A stretch of DNA of 63,577 nt, the filler included, from Licmophora abbreviata (Eukaryota): assembly GCA_900291995.1 (NCBI GenBank). It is 8 parts of 8 records of this genome, joined end to end, with 100 filler letters (N's around TTAATTAATTAA, not from the genome) between each part and the next. Parts side by side here need not be neighbours in the genome. Positions count along the whole stretch, not along the records: positions 33,184 to 41,650 come from OLMU01003714.1; positions 41,751 to 48,705 come from OLMU01003716.1; 6 more parts are not named here. The stretch is one strand, 5' to 3'. Position numbers and translations under genes: made by a program. A model generated the notes under the pieces. That model was not told where the DNA came from, made no database searches, and saw only the letters and a program-made list of their open reading frames with translations. Of this stretch, positions 34,999 to 47,015 are shown one piece after another (position 1 is the stretch's first letter; each line of letters begins with the position of its first letter).

Positions 34999-36283
34999 CT
35001 AAAACTCCACTTTTCCAAGTTGCGCGGCCATGACAGCCATGACGGTCCACATGCGATTCTCTGCTTCCGGGAAGATCAAACTTTTGTCCGAGTAAAAGAC
35101 TTCGTCGCTCACTTCTTCCTGATGACGCGGCAAGCAGTGCAAAAAGACGGCGTCCTTATTGGCGTGGCTCATCAATTCTGCATTGACTTGATAACCATCA
35201 AAATCGGCCACGCGTTTGGCATATTCATCTTCTTGTCCCATACTGACCCATGTGTCCGTGACAACGACATCAGATCCCGTGACTGCCTCTGCTGCATCCG
35301 TCGTATAGAACACACTACAATTGTTCTCCTCGGCCAGTTTTTGCGTCTTGTCCATGATCCCTTGATCTGCCTCGTAGCCTGCCGGTGTGGCAATCCGCAC
35401 ATGCATCCCCATCATGACACTTCCCAGCATTAAGTCATGCAAGACATTCGTCCCATCTCCGACCCACGTGATGGTCTTGCCCTCCAGCTTTCCAAAATAA
35501 TGCTCTTCGAGTGCCATAAGGTCGGCGAGGGTTTGGAGAGGATGGTGAAGGTCGGAGAGCGCATTGATCACTGGCACATCTGCATGTTCTGCAAGCTCCA
35601 AAATCTCATCGTGTCCGTACACACGTGCGAGAATGATACTATTGAAGCGCGACAGGACCTTGGCAGTATCCTTCATGCTTTCATTGACTCCGAGCTGGAC
35701 ATCCGAGGGACCGAGGAAGAGTGCGTGTCCTCCCAGTAGGGTAGTTCCCGTTTCAGTACTGACGCGGGTGCGAGTCGATCGTTTTTGGAAGATCATGCTA
35801 ACACTCTTGCCTGTGAGTGGCTTGGGGGCTGCGAGGGGATCAATCTTGCTATTCTTGCCGTAGGTTTCCTTGAGGTTCTTGCTGAGAACGAGCAGGCCGC
35901 GGAGTTCGTCGTTGCTGTGTTTTGGGGTACGGTCGTCAGGAGCAAGTAAGCGACAACAAAAGACTTTAAGCGTTAGAAATACGACAAGAGTCAACGTTCG
36001 AAGCAGACTACTCCACTGATACTTTTGTATTTTGCTACTGCAGTACCGGTAGAGCTAGTAGTCGACACGACGAGCTGGGTTCGCAAGTACAAAACTGACA
36101 TCAGGCATCAAAACTAGCACACTGACTTTACCTGAGTTCATCGATGGAGATGAAATGACGTCCTTGGAGTCCACTCAGAGAATTCGCCAAAGACGCATGA
36201 GCAAATCGCTTTGCAGTGGTCACACTGCTGCTGATCAGAGAAGATGAAGCGAGACGACGAGACGCAATGGCAGAAAACATCAT
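34999..36283 (-). CDS. OTC: Ornithine transcarbamylase, mitochondrial
   Basis: STRTR, HPLQ, DTWVSMG and HCLP motifs. Exon 1 36132-36283 is an Arg/Ser-rich presequence; intron 35915-36131. Confidence 0.96.
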
Positions 36284-36942
36284 GGTGTGTGTGCACTTGC
36301 AACAACGAAAAATGAGCTTCGTTGGCGCCAAAGATTTTTCGCGTGGGAGCTGTGCGCGAAAGTCGAGCGCATGGAGTTACAGGACTCAATCAGGAAAAGA
36401 GACTTGCAGATTCCTGATTCCTATATTGTCCTGAAGCTTCAACTCGCTCTCTTGTGATCAATGTCTTCCTCTTTCTGGTGGGACTACGTTCAAACGCATC
36501 ATACTAAGGCACCACCACTGTAAGTGTGCACTGCACTCATCTAATCCAGCAGCACTCCCACACCGTAGACTGGAAATGCATGTCGACACAAGTCTTTGAA
36601 AAACAACACGTGTATGGGTTTTTATCTTTGTATAAAAGTGTGCACGTATAGTAGTACAATGGGGCACACTAGCAGTAGACATGTTGTTTCAAAGCAGAGA
36701 CTCGCGGTCACTTTATCGTGTTCGTAGAGCCGGCAAGCAAAGAAGTGTGCTGATGTTTGTCTTCGGCTGCTGCATTGTCATTGTCGTCTCGTCAGTGTCC
36801 TAGCAATCATCATGCTCCCCTTCCAGCTCCACGTACACGAAACTCTCAGTGGTAACTCTACTCGCAGTCATCCAGCATGATACTGAGAACTTTGACGGTA
36901 GTCTCCGCTTCCGTCTCCAGTCCGCCCTTGATCTCCCACATG

Positions 36943-37265
36943 TTACCGGCCTTGACGCCTGTTAGCTGTGACGCATTCGTTGTTGTCGCATTCGAGAAGA
37001 GTCACGTGGACTACATCGGTATAACCAGTCACAAGGTGGTGGACGTCGGCTGGATCTGTGGAAGGACGTAGTAGCATGGAGGAGATAGAGTCGTGAGGGT
37101 TGCATTCATGACTATAGAGAGACACACTTTTTCTTCTTCCTTCGTTTTCGTACCAATCATGAAGGCTTTCGTGGCCAGTCGAGGCGCAGTCTTCAAGGGA
37201 GCTGGCGAGAAAGCGTTGCCGGTGGAGGCGGCCAAGGCGAGGATGCAGAGTGAGAGCTTCATCAT
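36943..37265 (-). CDS. Small (74 aa) putative plastid-targeted protein, 2 exons
   Basis: Exons 37154-37265 and 36943-37055 with a 98-nt GTACGA...CACAG intron give MMKLSLCILALAASTGNA-FSPAPLKTAPRLATKAFMIDPADVHHLVTGYTDVVHVTLLECDNNECVTANRRQGR. Confidence 0.65.
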
Positions 37266-37555
37266 TGTCGTCGTGGAACAGAGTGGGCAGCTGAGCAGAA
37301 TATACTTGAGAATTCGTAGTATGGAGTGTTGTGAGAACAAAAAATGTAGGCAGATTAGTATTCAGAGCTTCAACCAGAACAGATGGATCGAACACACAAC
37401 GTCATCGCCCGGTGGTGAAACTTCAAACTCAAGTTTCAAGTTGTTTCGCGCAAAATTGGAAGAAAATATGTAACACCCAAAGATTCCCGATTCCTATTGG
37501 TTTCGAATGGAAGATGGCAACGGCACCCGTCGTCGTCATTCATTTTCATGACACG

Positions 37556-38844
37556 ATGACCATGATGATGTTGCTTCGCCGTTCTGGCGCATCCGGTCGG
37601 TCCCTTGTGGCCTCCTCGTCGCCATTTTCCTCTAAATTATGCTCAGTAGCTATTCGAAGCTTTGCGTCTCTCCCAGACGACGATCATCACGAGGAAACGA
37701 ATACGAATTCCAATCGTACTCTTACTTCTGAGAGAACGAAAGTTAGAAGTAGTAGAACTTCATCGTTGTCAAAAGGATCCCGCAAGAACAAGCAGCAAGC
37801 CCAAGCGCAGCGTGTCTGGAAGGCCATTGCGCCTCGCGTTGATCATAAAACAGACGCAACAGCGCACCCCCAAGACCTTTGGGACTACTGGGAGGATCCC
37901 GTACGGACTACCAAAACACAAATAACTCCGAACAGACAGCATCGTCCTCGCAACAGCTCGATGAACTCCTCGATAAGATTGGCTCCCAAGAAGAGACCGG
38001 TGGTCGTATGCGTCAGTCTCAGTTGGGCGTGATGCGAGAAGACCCCAGCGAAGACATGCGGCTGCTCATGGAAAACTATACCGTCCCAGCTCTGGCCGCT
38101 GCACTCCGCGACCGCGAAGACGTCCTGCAGCAGTGTGCCGAACTCTGGAACAACCAGCAGGATGAAGAACTTTCGAGAATGTTGCAACCGTATCAGAGAG
38201 AGTTTGTTCTCAAACGACGACGAACGGAGGAGACGTTGGATCTGCAGGAGGGACTGAATGAAGTGTCTTTGGAACAGCTTCGAAAGTCGCTCATGCGCAT
38301 GCCCCGGCGGGTCACTCAGGCGCATCAAAAGAGGGCTGGAGTCGTTGTCGCTCTGTGTAATGTTCATAATGTACCATCAGTGTTGCTGGAGAAACGAGCA
38401 CCACACTTGCGAGCGCATCCGGATGAAGTGTGCTTGCCGGGTGGGATGGTGTGTAGTGTTAGTGACCCGACGATTGTGGCGACGTGTTTGAGAGAAATGA
38501 AAGAAGAAATTGAAGGTCTTCCAGGCGATACCAATGTGTTGGGAGTCTTACGATGTAACTGGGGGGAAGTGCACCATTTGGTGGGAGTGGCCGTGACGCC
38601 GCTCGTGTGCTTTGTAGGAGAACTTGGTGAAGTGCTTTTGCAGCCGAATCCGTCCGAAGTGAGCGAAGTCTTTACGATTCCACTCTCGGACTTTATGGAT
38701 CGATCGCTGTGGATTCACAGAGAGGGGCTGGCACCCATCTTTACAGGAGGGCCGCATCCGATCTGGGGACTGACTGGTTACATTATGGAGCGCTTTGTCA
38801 AGGATCTCTTGGCTCGGTATGATGTCATTTGGCCGAAGCAATGA
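37556..38844 (+). CDS. Nudix hydrolase, CoA-diphosphatase (NUDT7/NUDT8-like), mitochondrial presequence; 1-nt frameshift at about 37900
   Basis: LLEKRAPHLRAHPDEVCLPGG...CLREMKEEI, NPSEVSEVFTIPL and IWGLT motifs. The N-terminal frame (MLLRRSGASGRSL...) joins if CCC at 37898-37900 is CCCC. Confidence 0.8.
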
Positions 38845-39097
38845 GGATTTAAGTCACGTCGCTGCGATGATATAAGGATGAACTCTGCTCTATGAAATTC
38901 CGCACTGCCACTCCATGGTTTATCCTGGGCAAGCAAGCAAACAAACAAACTGTACGAACGTCATACTCGTACTTTGTAGTGCAAGCTATAGTTAGCGAAT
39001 GAAACATAAAAAGACAATTCCAACTACCTGTACAGTACTTCGATCACGAAGATTGTTCCGCTGTGAATACTTCAAAACTGACGACCTGATCCGTGAT

Positions 39098-42000
39098 CTA
39101 GCTCTCGTCAATGTCGACGAGAAGGTCTCCAGCTTCGATTTGATCCCCTGCCGTAACAACCACACGCGTCACTTCACCGTCGACGGGTGCAGCCACCATG
39201 GTCTCCATCTTCATCGCCGACAAGCTGACCAACGGAGCTCCCATCTTGACCTTGTCACCCTTGGAAACCTTTGTCTCAAGGACGACTCCGGGCATTGGAG
39301 CACCGACAGAGCCGCTTACCGAGTTGAGAGCCTTCGGACGCTCCACCGTCTCGGTACCGCTGCTCTTGTCCTTGATTTGCACCTGGCGCGGAGTTCCGTT
39401 CAACTCGAACTGTAGGTTGACGACACCGTCCTTGTTGGGTTCGCCGACGGAGATGAGCTTGACCACGAGCTGCTTCCCCGGCTCCAGGGTGACAGTCAGT
39501 TCCTGACCGATCTTCATTCCAGTCAAGAATGTGCGAGTGTCAACGTACGACAACTTTCCGTGTTCCATCTGGTGCGTCATGAACTCATCAAAGACCGCCG
39601 GATACATGGCATGCGACATGACGTCGACATCGCGGATGGTAGCATTGTGCGGAGGCTCTCCCCATTTCTCCTTGAGCTTGGTGCGAGCGGCATCAAGGTC
39701 CATTGGAGGCAGATCTGCGCCTGGGCGGCCTTCGAAGCAAGTCAAACCATTCGTGCCTTCGATCGTCTGTCCCTTGATTACGCGAGAACGGAGGGGTTCT
39801 GGGAATCCAAAGGGTGGAATTCCCAGGTAGCCTTGAAAGTACTGTCGATATATGAGAGACAATATAGTGCGTGAGAACGAGGATTCTTCCGTTGGATTGG
39901 CGGCGCCCGTGAGCTCTTGCGTACCTCAATGACGCTCTTCGGGAAGCTGAGACTCTCCGCCTTTTCAATTACTTCTTGTTCCGTCAAGTTGTTGGCAACA
40001 AGGAACTGCGCAAGATCGCCAGCGACCTTGCTGGATGGAGTCACCTTGATTATGTCGCCCAGCAAACGGTTGGCAGCGGCGTAGGCCTTCTTCACGCTAC
40101 TCCACTGTCCAGTCAAGCCGAGCTGCTGACTCTGAAACAGTAGATTGGTATACTGTCCACCGGGCATCTCATGGATGTATACGTCAGCGGACCCAGACTT
40201 CTGACCTGACTCAAACGGAGCATAGAGACCACGGCATTCTTCCCAGTATTCATTCAGAGCACTGACCTCGGCAAGATCCATGCCCGTTTCCAACTCAGTA
40301 CCCGCCGTACTGGCCACAAGCGCACCCAATGATGGCTGGGCTGTCGTTCCAGACAGAGCATCCGAGGCGGCATCGACTGCATCGGCGCCAGCCTTAGCAC
40401 AGGCCAGCATAGAGGCGACTCCTGTTCCAGCAGTGTCGTGTGTGTGGACATGAATAGGCAAGTTGGGATGCTGTTCTCGAATCGCGTTGACAAGCAAGCT
40501 GGCGCCCTCAGGTTTCAAAAGACCGGCCATATCCTTGATTGCCAACACGTGAATACCCAACTGGTTCAGCTCCTCCACGAACTTGAGGTAGTACTCGAGG
40601 TTGTACATTCCGTGCCTGGGGTGCGCCACGTCTCCAGTGTAGCAAACCGCAGCTTCGACGATACCTCCGGCGGTTCCGACGGCATCACATCCAAGCTTCA
40701 TGTTCTCGATATAGTTGACAGAGTCAAAAATACGAAAGACATCCATTCCGGCATCCTTGGCCAGCTTGCAGAATTCGTACACTGAAATTAGAAAACAAAG
40801 GATTCGAGTGAGACGAGAAACATTCAAAGGGGACGACGGGCCCATTCATCATTCACGACTCACCGACGTTATCAGGGTACGACGTATAGCCAACGGCGTT
40901 GGCGCCACGGAGAAGCATCTGGAAAGGAATGTCGGGGACGGCTTCTCGAAGATTCGCCAATCGATCCCAAGGACACTCATGGAGGAAGCGCATGGCGACA
41001 TCAAAGGTCGCGCCACCCCAACACTCGAGCGAGTATGCATTCCGTAGAGCCGACGTGGTGGCGGGAGCGATGTTGAGCATGTCAATCGTTCTCATACGAG
41101 TCGCAAGAAGGGATTGGTGAGCATCACGCCATGTTGTATCGGTGACGAGTAGGCCATCATTTTCACGGACGGCCTGAGCAAAGGCCGCGGCACCGTCCTG
41201 GTCGAAGATCTCTTTGAGCGAGCGCTTCTCCTTGGGGTGAGGCTCGATTGTCGGAATATACGGGTCAGTAGCAATCGGCGGTGGTCCCACTGCGCCTAAA
41301 GACTTGGGAAGGCCGTTGACAATGACATCACTGATGTAGTATAACAGCTTCTGTGCACGGTCACGCTCTTTGAGAGGAGCCATGAGATAGGGATTGGCAG
41401 CGATGAAGCCAGTGTCAACAACTCCCTCCAAGAACTGCTTGTTCTGCAGCACGTTCAGAAGGAACGACTTATTCGTCGTCACACCACGGACTCGGAACTC
41501 TTTCAGGGCACGCACCAGCTTGGCGGCAGCTTCCTTACGAGTACGAGCCTTGCTGGTCACCTTAACTAGGAGAGAATCGTAGTGAGGTGTGATGTGAGCT
41601 CCTGGAAAGCCTGGGCCGTCGTCCAAACGGATACCGAATCCAGCCGGCATNNNNNNNNNNNNNNNNNNNNNNNNNNNNNNNNNNNNNNNNNNNNTTAATT
41701 AATTAANNNNNNNNNNNNNNNNNNNNNNNNNNNNNNNNNNNNNNNNNNNNTGATGATATCAAATCTCTCTTCTGCGATTCCCTTTCTTGAACCGGATGTC
41801 CGCCATCACGGCCCGTCACGATCGAAGATCGGCCGCTTGTTCTCTGTTCATGTCCACGTACCTTCATGAGAATAGATACCAGCACTTGCACATCCTAATT
41901 CAGCAGTTGCTCGATTGATCCGGGTGGCTATCTCTCCTCGATTGGCCGATAGAATCTTCTTGAAAGGTGGATCTCCCATGATAATCGGAGCCGACGCATC

Positions 42001-42186
42001 CATGGAGGGATCATGAGCTGCGGTGCTCTTGAGCGCTCTTCCATAGCCCTCATGAATGATGCCACTGGGGGCACGTGTGGCAAGGGCAGCCCGAGAGGCC
42101 GGAATGACAAACCTACGTGACGAAATGGCGGTCACGCGGCTACCGGCATGGCGCGAAACCTGTCGAGCCAGGACTTGGCGGATCAT
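39098..42186 (-). CDS. PYC: Pyruvate carboxylase, mitochondrial (most of the biotin carboxylase domain missing in the gap)
   Basis: [58 protein letters not shown] and biotin site AMKM. Introns near 40782-40863 and 39844-39924. Confidence 0.96.
41651..41750. other. Artificial contig linker inside pyruvate carboxylase
   Basis: N44-TTAATTAATTAA-N44 with colinear PYC parts on both sides. Confidence 0.98.
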
Positions 42187-42535
42187 AATGAGCGTCGAAC
42201 ACACTTGTCTACACTGCTTTTTCGTTCTTTTTGTTGACTAGAGTACGATGGATTGGATGTCGTTTCCTGCTCTTGTTGTCTTGGAGAACAGGTTGTTGAT
42301 GTCTTGGATGACGCCTCTCGTTTTTTTCGAAAGATCGCGGTTCGCATCAAAGTTTGATGCGTCACGACACGTCACACCCCGCTCGTTTTGTTCGGATTGA
42401 GCTCACGTACAAGTCTCGTAAAAGTCTACTGTTCAGTACAGTTCTACACGAAAAATCAGTAGCCGTCGACCAGCAGCAAGCCACAGCACGGAGCTTTCTG
42501 CTTTTGTTGTGACTTGTTCTCTTTCATTTTCAACC

Positions 42536-43007
42536 ATGATGGCGTCCCGAATGGCGGCCACTCGTGCCGCAATGACTGCACAGCGAATGCAGAATACACA
42601 GCGTCGAGGATTCGTAGATTATCTGGTCAAATATCCCGACAAGGTGAGAACGACGCGCGTCATCGATGGAGCAGCAGATATGGAATCAGGAATCTTCATC
42701 ATGGGATAGAGAGATGGCAGGATGCGTAGTTGTTGTTGTCTAGCCCACTGTGTCATAACATCGCTCTTGCGCTTCTGTAACTTACAAAGACGTCTATTCT
42801 GTCTCTGCTTATCCCCATTAGATTGCCGAGAAGAAGAAGATCCAATGTGCAGGCGGAACGTGCCAGGGAGATATGAATCCGACGTGGCTCAAGCAACCTG
42901 GTGACTCTACCGTGGCACTAGCCGGGTTCGCGTTGGTGGGCATAGGCATGGCCCAGTGGGTTGTTGGAATTTACCACTTGGCGAGTGGAAAGGGAAAGTT
43001 GGATTGA
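42536..43007 (+). CDS. Cytochrome c oxidase subunit VIIa-like small mitochondrial membrane protein (97 aa, 2 exons)
   Basis: Exons 42536-42643 and 42822-43007 give MMASRMAATRAAMTAQRMQNTQRRGFVDYLVKYPDKIAEKKKIQ...NPTWLKQPGDSTVALAGFALVGIGMAQWVVGIYHLASGKGKLD: presequence, PTxLK..GD motif and one TM helix. Confidence 0.7.
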
Positions 43008-43411
43008 AGTGAATGGACCAAAAGGAGAAACTGTAGAAACAAGTAGTAAAAGAGATCAGGCTTGATGACTCGATTCTGGTGATCGATATCATTCATCGAC
43101 ACGATATCAACTTTCTTCTACCCCTTGAAGGAACCTTGTTATCTTCAACTTTTGTAGCTCACAGATGCTTTTGTGAATGTTACAAAGCGCCGCTACATTG
43201 CCTCGTTCACCCGGCTCCCCCGCCGCAATCGATGTCGCCAGGATGATGCGCCGTCAAACTACCGGTAGGTTCCGTACGTCTGCCGGCAGTGCCTGCCGAC
43301 CCTTCCGATCTTCCTCAACGTATCTCTCAGTACCGATTCTACGCAAAGGAAAGCGAAGCAAGGACCAGCCACCCACAAGATACATCGCATATCTTTCCTC
43401 GCTGATCGACC

Positions 43412-44817
43412 ATGATGGCAGCAAGAGTCGTAGCGCTCTCCGCGAGGCGTACGGTGGGCACATTTGGTCGGCTGGCTGGGCCACAAACCGTTGCGGCAGC
43501 GTCTACTCGATCGTTGGGACGCGGCAGCTGCCATGTGCGAAGTTATTTGACACGCACTCTTCCTGCATGGGAGTCCGTGAAAACCATTGATGTGAGTGCC
43601 ATACCGTGTCGTGAGTCACTGGGGAAACATTCAGAAAACACTTTGCTGTTTGCACTGTCGCTACGTGTCATAATCAATCTCACATGGAATACTGGTAATT
43701 TTCGCTTCTGAACATGAAGGTCCCGACAATGGGCGATAGCATCACTGAGGGCACAGTCGTGGATCTTCCCATTGCTCCTGGTGAATACGTCGAAGCCGAA
43801 GACGTTGTTGTGGTGCTGGAAACGGATAAGGTCACTGTCGATGTCCGTGCTCCCGAATCAGGTGCTTTAGTGGAACTCTTGGCTGAAGTCGACGACGTCG
43901 TCGAAGTCGGAAGTCACCTCTTTCGCCTCGACACGGCTGCTACCGGAACCAAGGAGCCAGTCAAGAAGGAAGAAGCACCGCCACCGCCACCTCCTCCGAA
44001 AGAAGAGCCCAAGAGTGAACCCATGGCGGCCGTCCAGCCTCCTCCTCCCAAGTCCACTCCTGCGCCACCTCAACCACCTCCGGAAGCGTCGACGGCCGTT
44101 CTTGGTCAACGCGCGGAACGTCGTACCAAAATGTCTCGGATGCGCCAGCGCGTCGCAGCGCGCTTGAAGGACGCCCAAAACACGGCAGCCATGCTTACGA
44201 CCTTCCAGGAATGCGACATGGGCAACCTGATGGAAGTGAGGGCGCGTCATAAAGATGAGTTTCAAGACAAGCATGGAGTCAAGTTGGGATTCATGTCGGC
44301 ATTTGTCAAGGCTGCTACTGCGGCATTGCACGAGATTCCTGCCGTCAACGCATACATTGATGATGAGACGAAGGAGATTGTCTACCGTGAGTATTCGGAT
44401 ATCAGTGTAGCTGTCGCCAGTCCGACGGGATTGGTGGTCCCAGTGCTTCGCAATACGGAAGCCATGACGTTTGCCGACGTGGAACGCAATATCGCCATGT
44501 TTGGACAGAAGGCCAAGGATGGAACATTGTCGTTGGATGACATGGCCGGTGGTACCTTTACGATCAGTAATGGCGGTGTGTTTGGATCCTTGATGGGAAC
44601 GCCGATCATCAATCCTCCGCAGAGTGCAATTCTTGGAATGCATGCGACCAAGATGCGTCCTGTTGTGAACGACAAAGGCGAAGTGGTGGCAAGACCTATG
44701 ATGTATTTGGCACTGACGTATGATCATCGATTGATCGACGGGAGAGAGGGAGTAACATTCCTCAAGAGTATTGCTGAAAAAATTGCGGATCCCTCTCGAC
44801 TCTTGTTTGATATCTAA
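43412..44817 (+). CDS. DLST: Dihydrolipoamide succinyltransferase (2-oxoglutarate dehydrogenase E2)
   Basis: Lipoyl domain [11 protein letters not shown]...[26 protein letters not shown]. Intron 43592-43719. Confidence 0.97.
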
Positions 44818-44935
44818 ATGCTGGAGTTTGAGTGTCTGTGGCGGACGGTCACGATGGATCGGGGACTCGCGGCGCTATCAGTCGACAGCGAAACAGGAAA
44901 AAATTTAACTGCGATTCCTTTAGAAGGGTGAGATA

Positions 44936-46582
44936 TCAGCTCAGCATCTTACTCATGAAGGGCCCATCTAGCTCGTACCCAAGCTTTCGATAGTAGTGTC
45001 GTGTTCCGACTCCCGAGATAATGGCCAGTTTCTCAGAGCCATGTTCATCTCGAGCAATTCGTTCCGCTTCTTCCAACAACAATGTTCCAAAGCCCTGGTG
45101 TTGGAATCGTGTTGGGTCTCGTGCTGACACGGCCACCGCTGTGCCGTACACGTGCAATTCGCGGATAATGGACGTCGGTACAGTGGCGATTTCGGGTTGA
45201 AAAGCTGCAGAGCTCGCCTTGCGCAAGCGCAGTAGCCCAATCAGAATATCTTGCAGAGGATCTTCGTAGGCCAAGAATGTTTCCCATCCACCATTGGCAA
45301 CATAATCGCGTCTGACAAGTTCTACCTGGTCTGGGGTCAATTGCGAGGATATCTGTTTCATTCCAACTTCACGAGATCGAATATCTAGACAAGGCACATT
45401 CCAGTCTCGCAATTTTGCCAGTGCCAACTCTCGCAAGTTCCCATGCTCCACGCCTGATGAGACAAGAGGCATGGGTATATCGCGTTGAATTCGGTACAGG
45501 CGCGTCCATGGAGGCACCATGCTCAGAATCCGTGCCGTCAATTCCACCAACTGATCAGGGGTGTAGTTCTGGTACCTCCCAGTCTTCCACAGCTCGTACA
45601 GTCCAGTCCCACGAATCACCAGCGTAGGATACACCTTCATACCATCGCTTCGAAAGAGGGGATTCTCAAAGTACTCTTGGAAGCCTTCCAGGTCACGTTC
45701 CCATCCCATGTTGGGCAGATCGGGCATCATGTGAGTCACCACCTTGAAACCACAGTCTTTGGCGAGCTGAAAGGAGTGACAGACTGCTGAAACGGTATGC
45801 CCTCGATTAGTTTCACGTGCCACACTTTCGTAGATGCTCTGTACACCGATTTCAATGCGCGTACAACCAAATCCGAGCATCTCTTCGAGATGAGGCTTCA
45901 GACAATAGTCTGGACGTGTCTCAATGGTGATGCCGATACATTTTGTGGTGGACTGTTCCGAGTACTGTATTGCCTCTTCCACGGAGTTCGAACGGTGTCC
46001 CGACAACGCGTCATGCAGGTTCCGTATGAAGTAGTCCTTGTACTCGCGATCAAGACTGAGAAATGTTCCACCCATGACGATGAACTCCACCTTGTCCACC
46101 GTATGTCCAATGGCTCGCAACTGGGCCACGCGACCCTTTGTTTGCATATATGGATCATACCGAGCTCGAATGGCGCGCATAGATGTAGGTTCATAGCCAG
46201 TGTAGGCTTGTGTTGAATACTCAAAGTCAGAATCAGGGCCTCCGGGACAGTACACACAAACAGAACCAGTCATGGCAATATGTGGACATCTGTGCGGTTT
46301 CGACATGACGGCCACCACTGCCACACCCGAGGCAGTTCTCACAGGCTTGGTTCTCAAAAAGGGATGAAGCTTCGACTTGTACTGAATAGGGATAGCCTGT
46401 GATATATCCGACATGCGTGGAATCCCCTGCAGTTTGTATTTCTTACTAACATCGCTCTTGAGTCGAGTCAAATTCAGCTCGCTGCCTTGTTCGTAGGCGG
46501 TGATCAGTTCTGACACGATGAAAGACAACGCCAATGCATAGCTCGACCTTGAGGAATGAGTAGCTGATATAGAGGTAGACAT
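44936..46582 (-). CDS. ELP3: Elongator complex protein 3 (radical SAM + acetyltransferase)
   Basis: [22 protein letters not shown]...[15 protein letters not shown] and QHQGFG motifs. Intronless; likely start ATG 46582. Confidence 0.97.
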   Translation of the reverse strand: MSTSISATHSSRSSYALALSFIVSELITAYEQGSELNLTRLKSDVSKKYKLQGIPRMSDISQAIPIQYKSKLHPFLRTKPVRTASGVAVVAVMSKPHRCPHIAMTGSVCVYCPGGPDSDFEYSTQAYTGYEPTSMRAIRARYDPYMQTKGRVAQLRAIGHTVDKVEFIVMGGTFLSLDREYKDYFIRNLHDALSGHRSNSVEEAIQYSEQSTTKCIGITIETRPDYCLKPHLEEMLGFGCTRIEIGVQSIYESVARETNRGHTVSAVCHSFQLAKDCGFKVVTHMMPDLPNMGWERDLEGFQEYFENPLFRSDGMKVYPTLVIRGTGLYELWKTGRYQNYTPDQLVELTARILSMVPPWTRLYRIQRDIPMPLVSSGVEHGNLRELALAKLRDWNVPCLDIRSREVGMKQISSQLTPDQVELVRRDYVANGGWETFLAYEDPLQDILIGLLRLRKASSAAFQPEIATVPTSIIRELHVYGTAVAVSARDPTRFQHQGFGTLLLEEAERIARDEHGSEKLAIISGVGTRHYYRKLGYELDGPFMSKMLS

Positions 46583-47015
46583 GGTGGATAGGGAGAATCC
46601 GTGGTGAAGTAGAGCAGACAAAAGATGATTGCCATGAGAATCAACCGCCCGGGCATACATACCTCGATTGATTGTGCAGGTAAGTGGCCCAAGAGCTCGA
46701 CGTCCGGCCTTCGGTCGTCAATTCTGCAGATTTTTAGTCGAACGATTCGATCCTTGTCGGTCGGAGGGACGCCAAGTCTTCCCGTGTGGTAGACAAGGCA
46801 GACAGAGTGGTCGTCTGAAGAGGATATCGGTTACCGGTAGCAATGTGAGATAACGGGACGTCAAACAGATGGAAGCATGGTCTAGCTGCGAGACTTTAGG
46901 TTCCCAAAAGACCAGTAGACTACGATGAAAGATGGCATATGTCTGCATCAGTTGTGATCATACCATCCACTTTTTTGTCACTGTAGCTATACATTTACCA
47001 CTACCAGATGGTGTG

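Noticed and set aside
42355..42380. GTCAC motifs recurring in divergent promoters (also near 17251, 21572, 50767)
   Set aside because: A 5-mer is expected frequently by chance, and enrichment cannot be shown without computation.
17779..46582. MiaB and ELP3 as a tRNA-modification cluster
   Set aside because: They are about 25 kb apart across several linkers and act in different compartments (plastid and cytosol).
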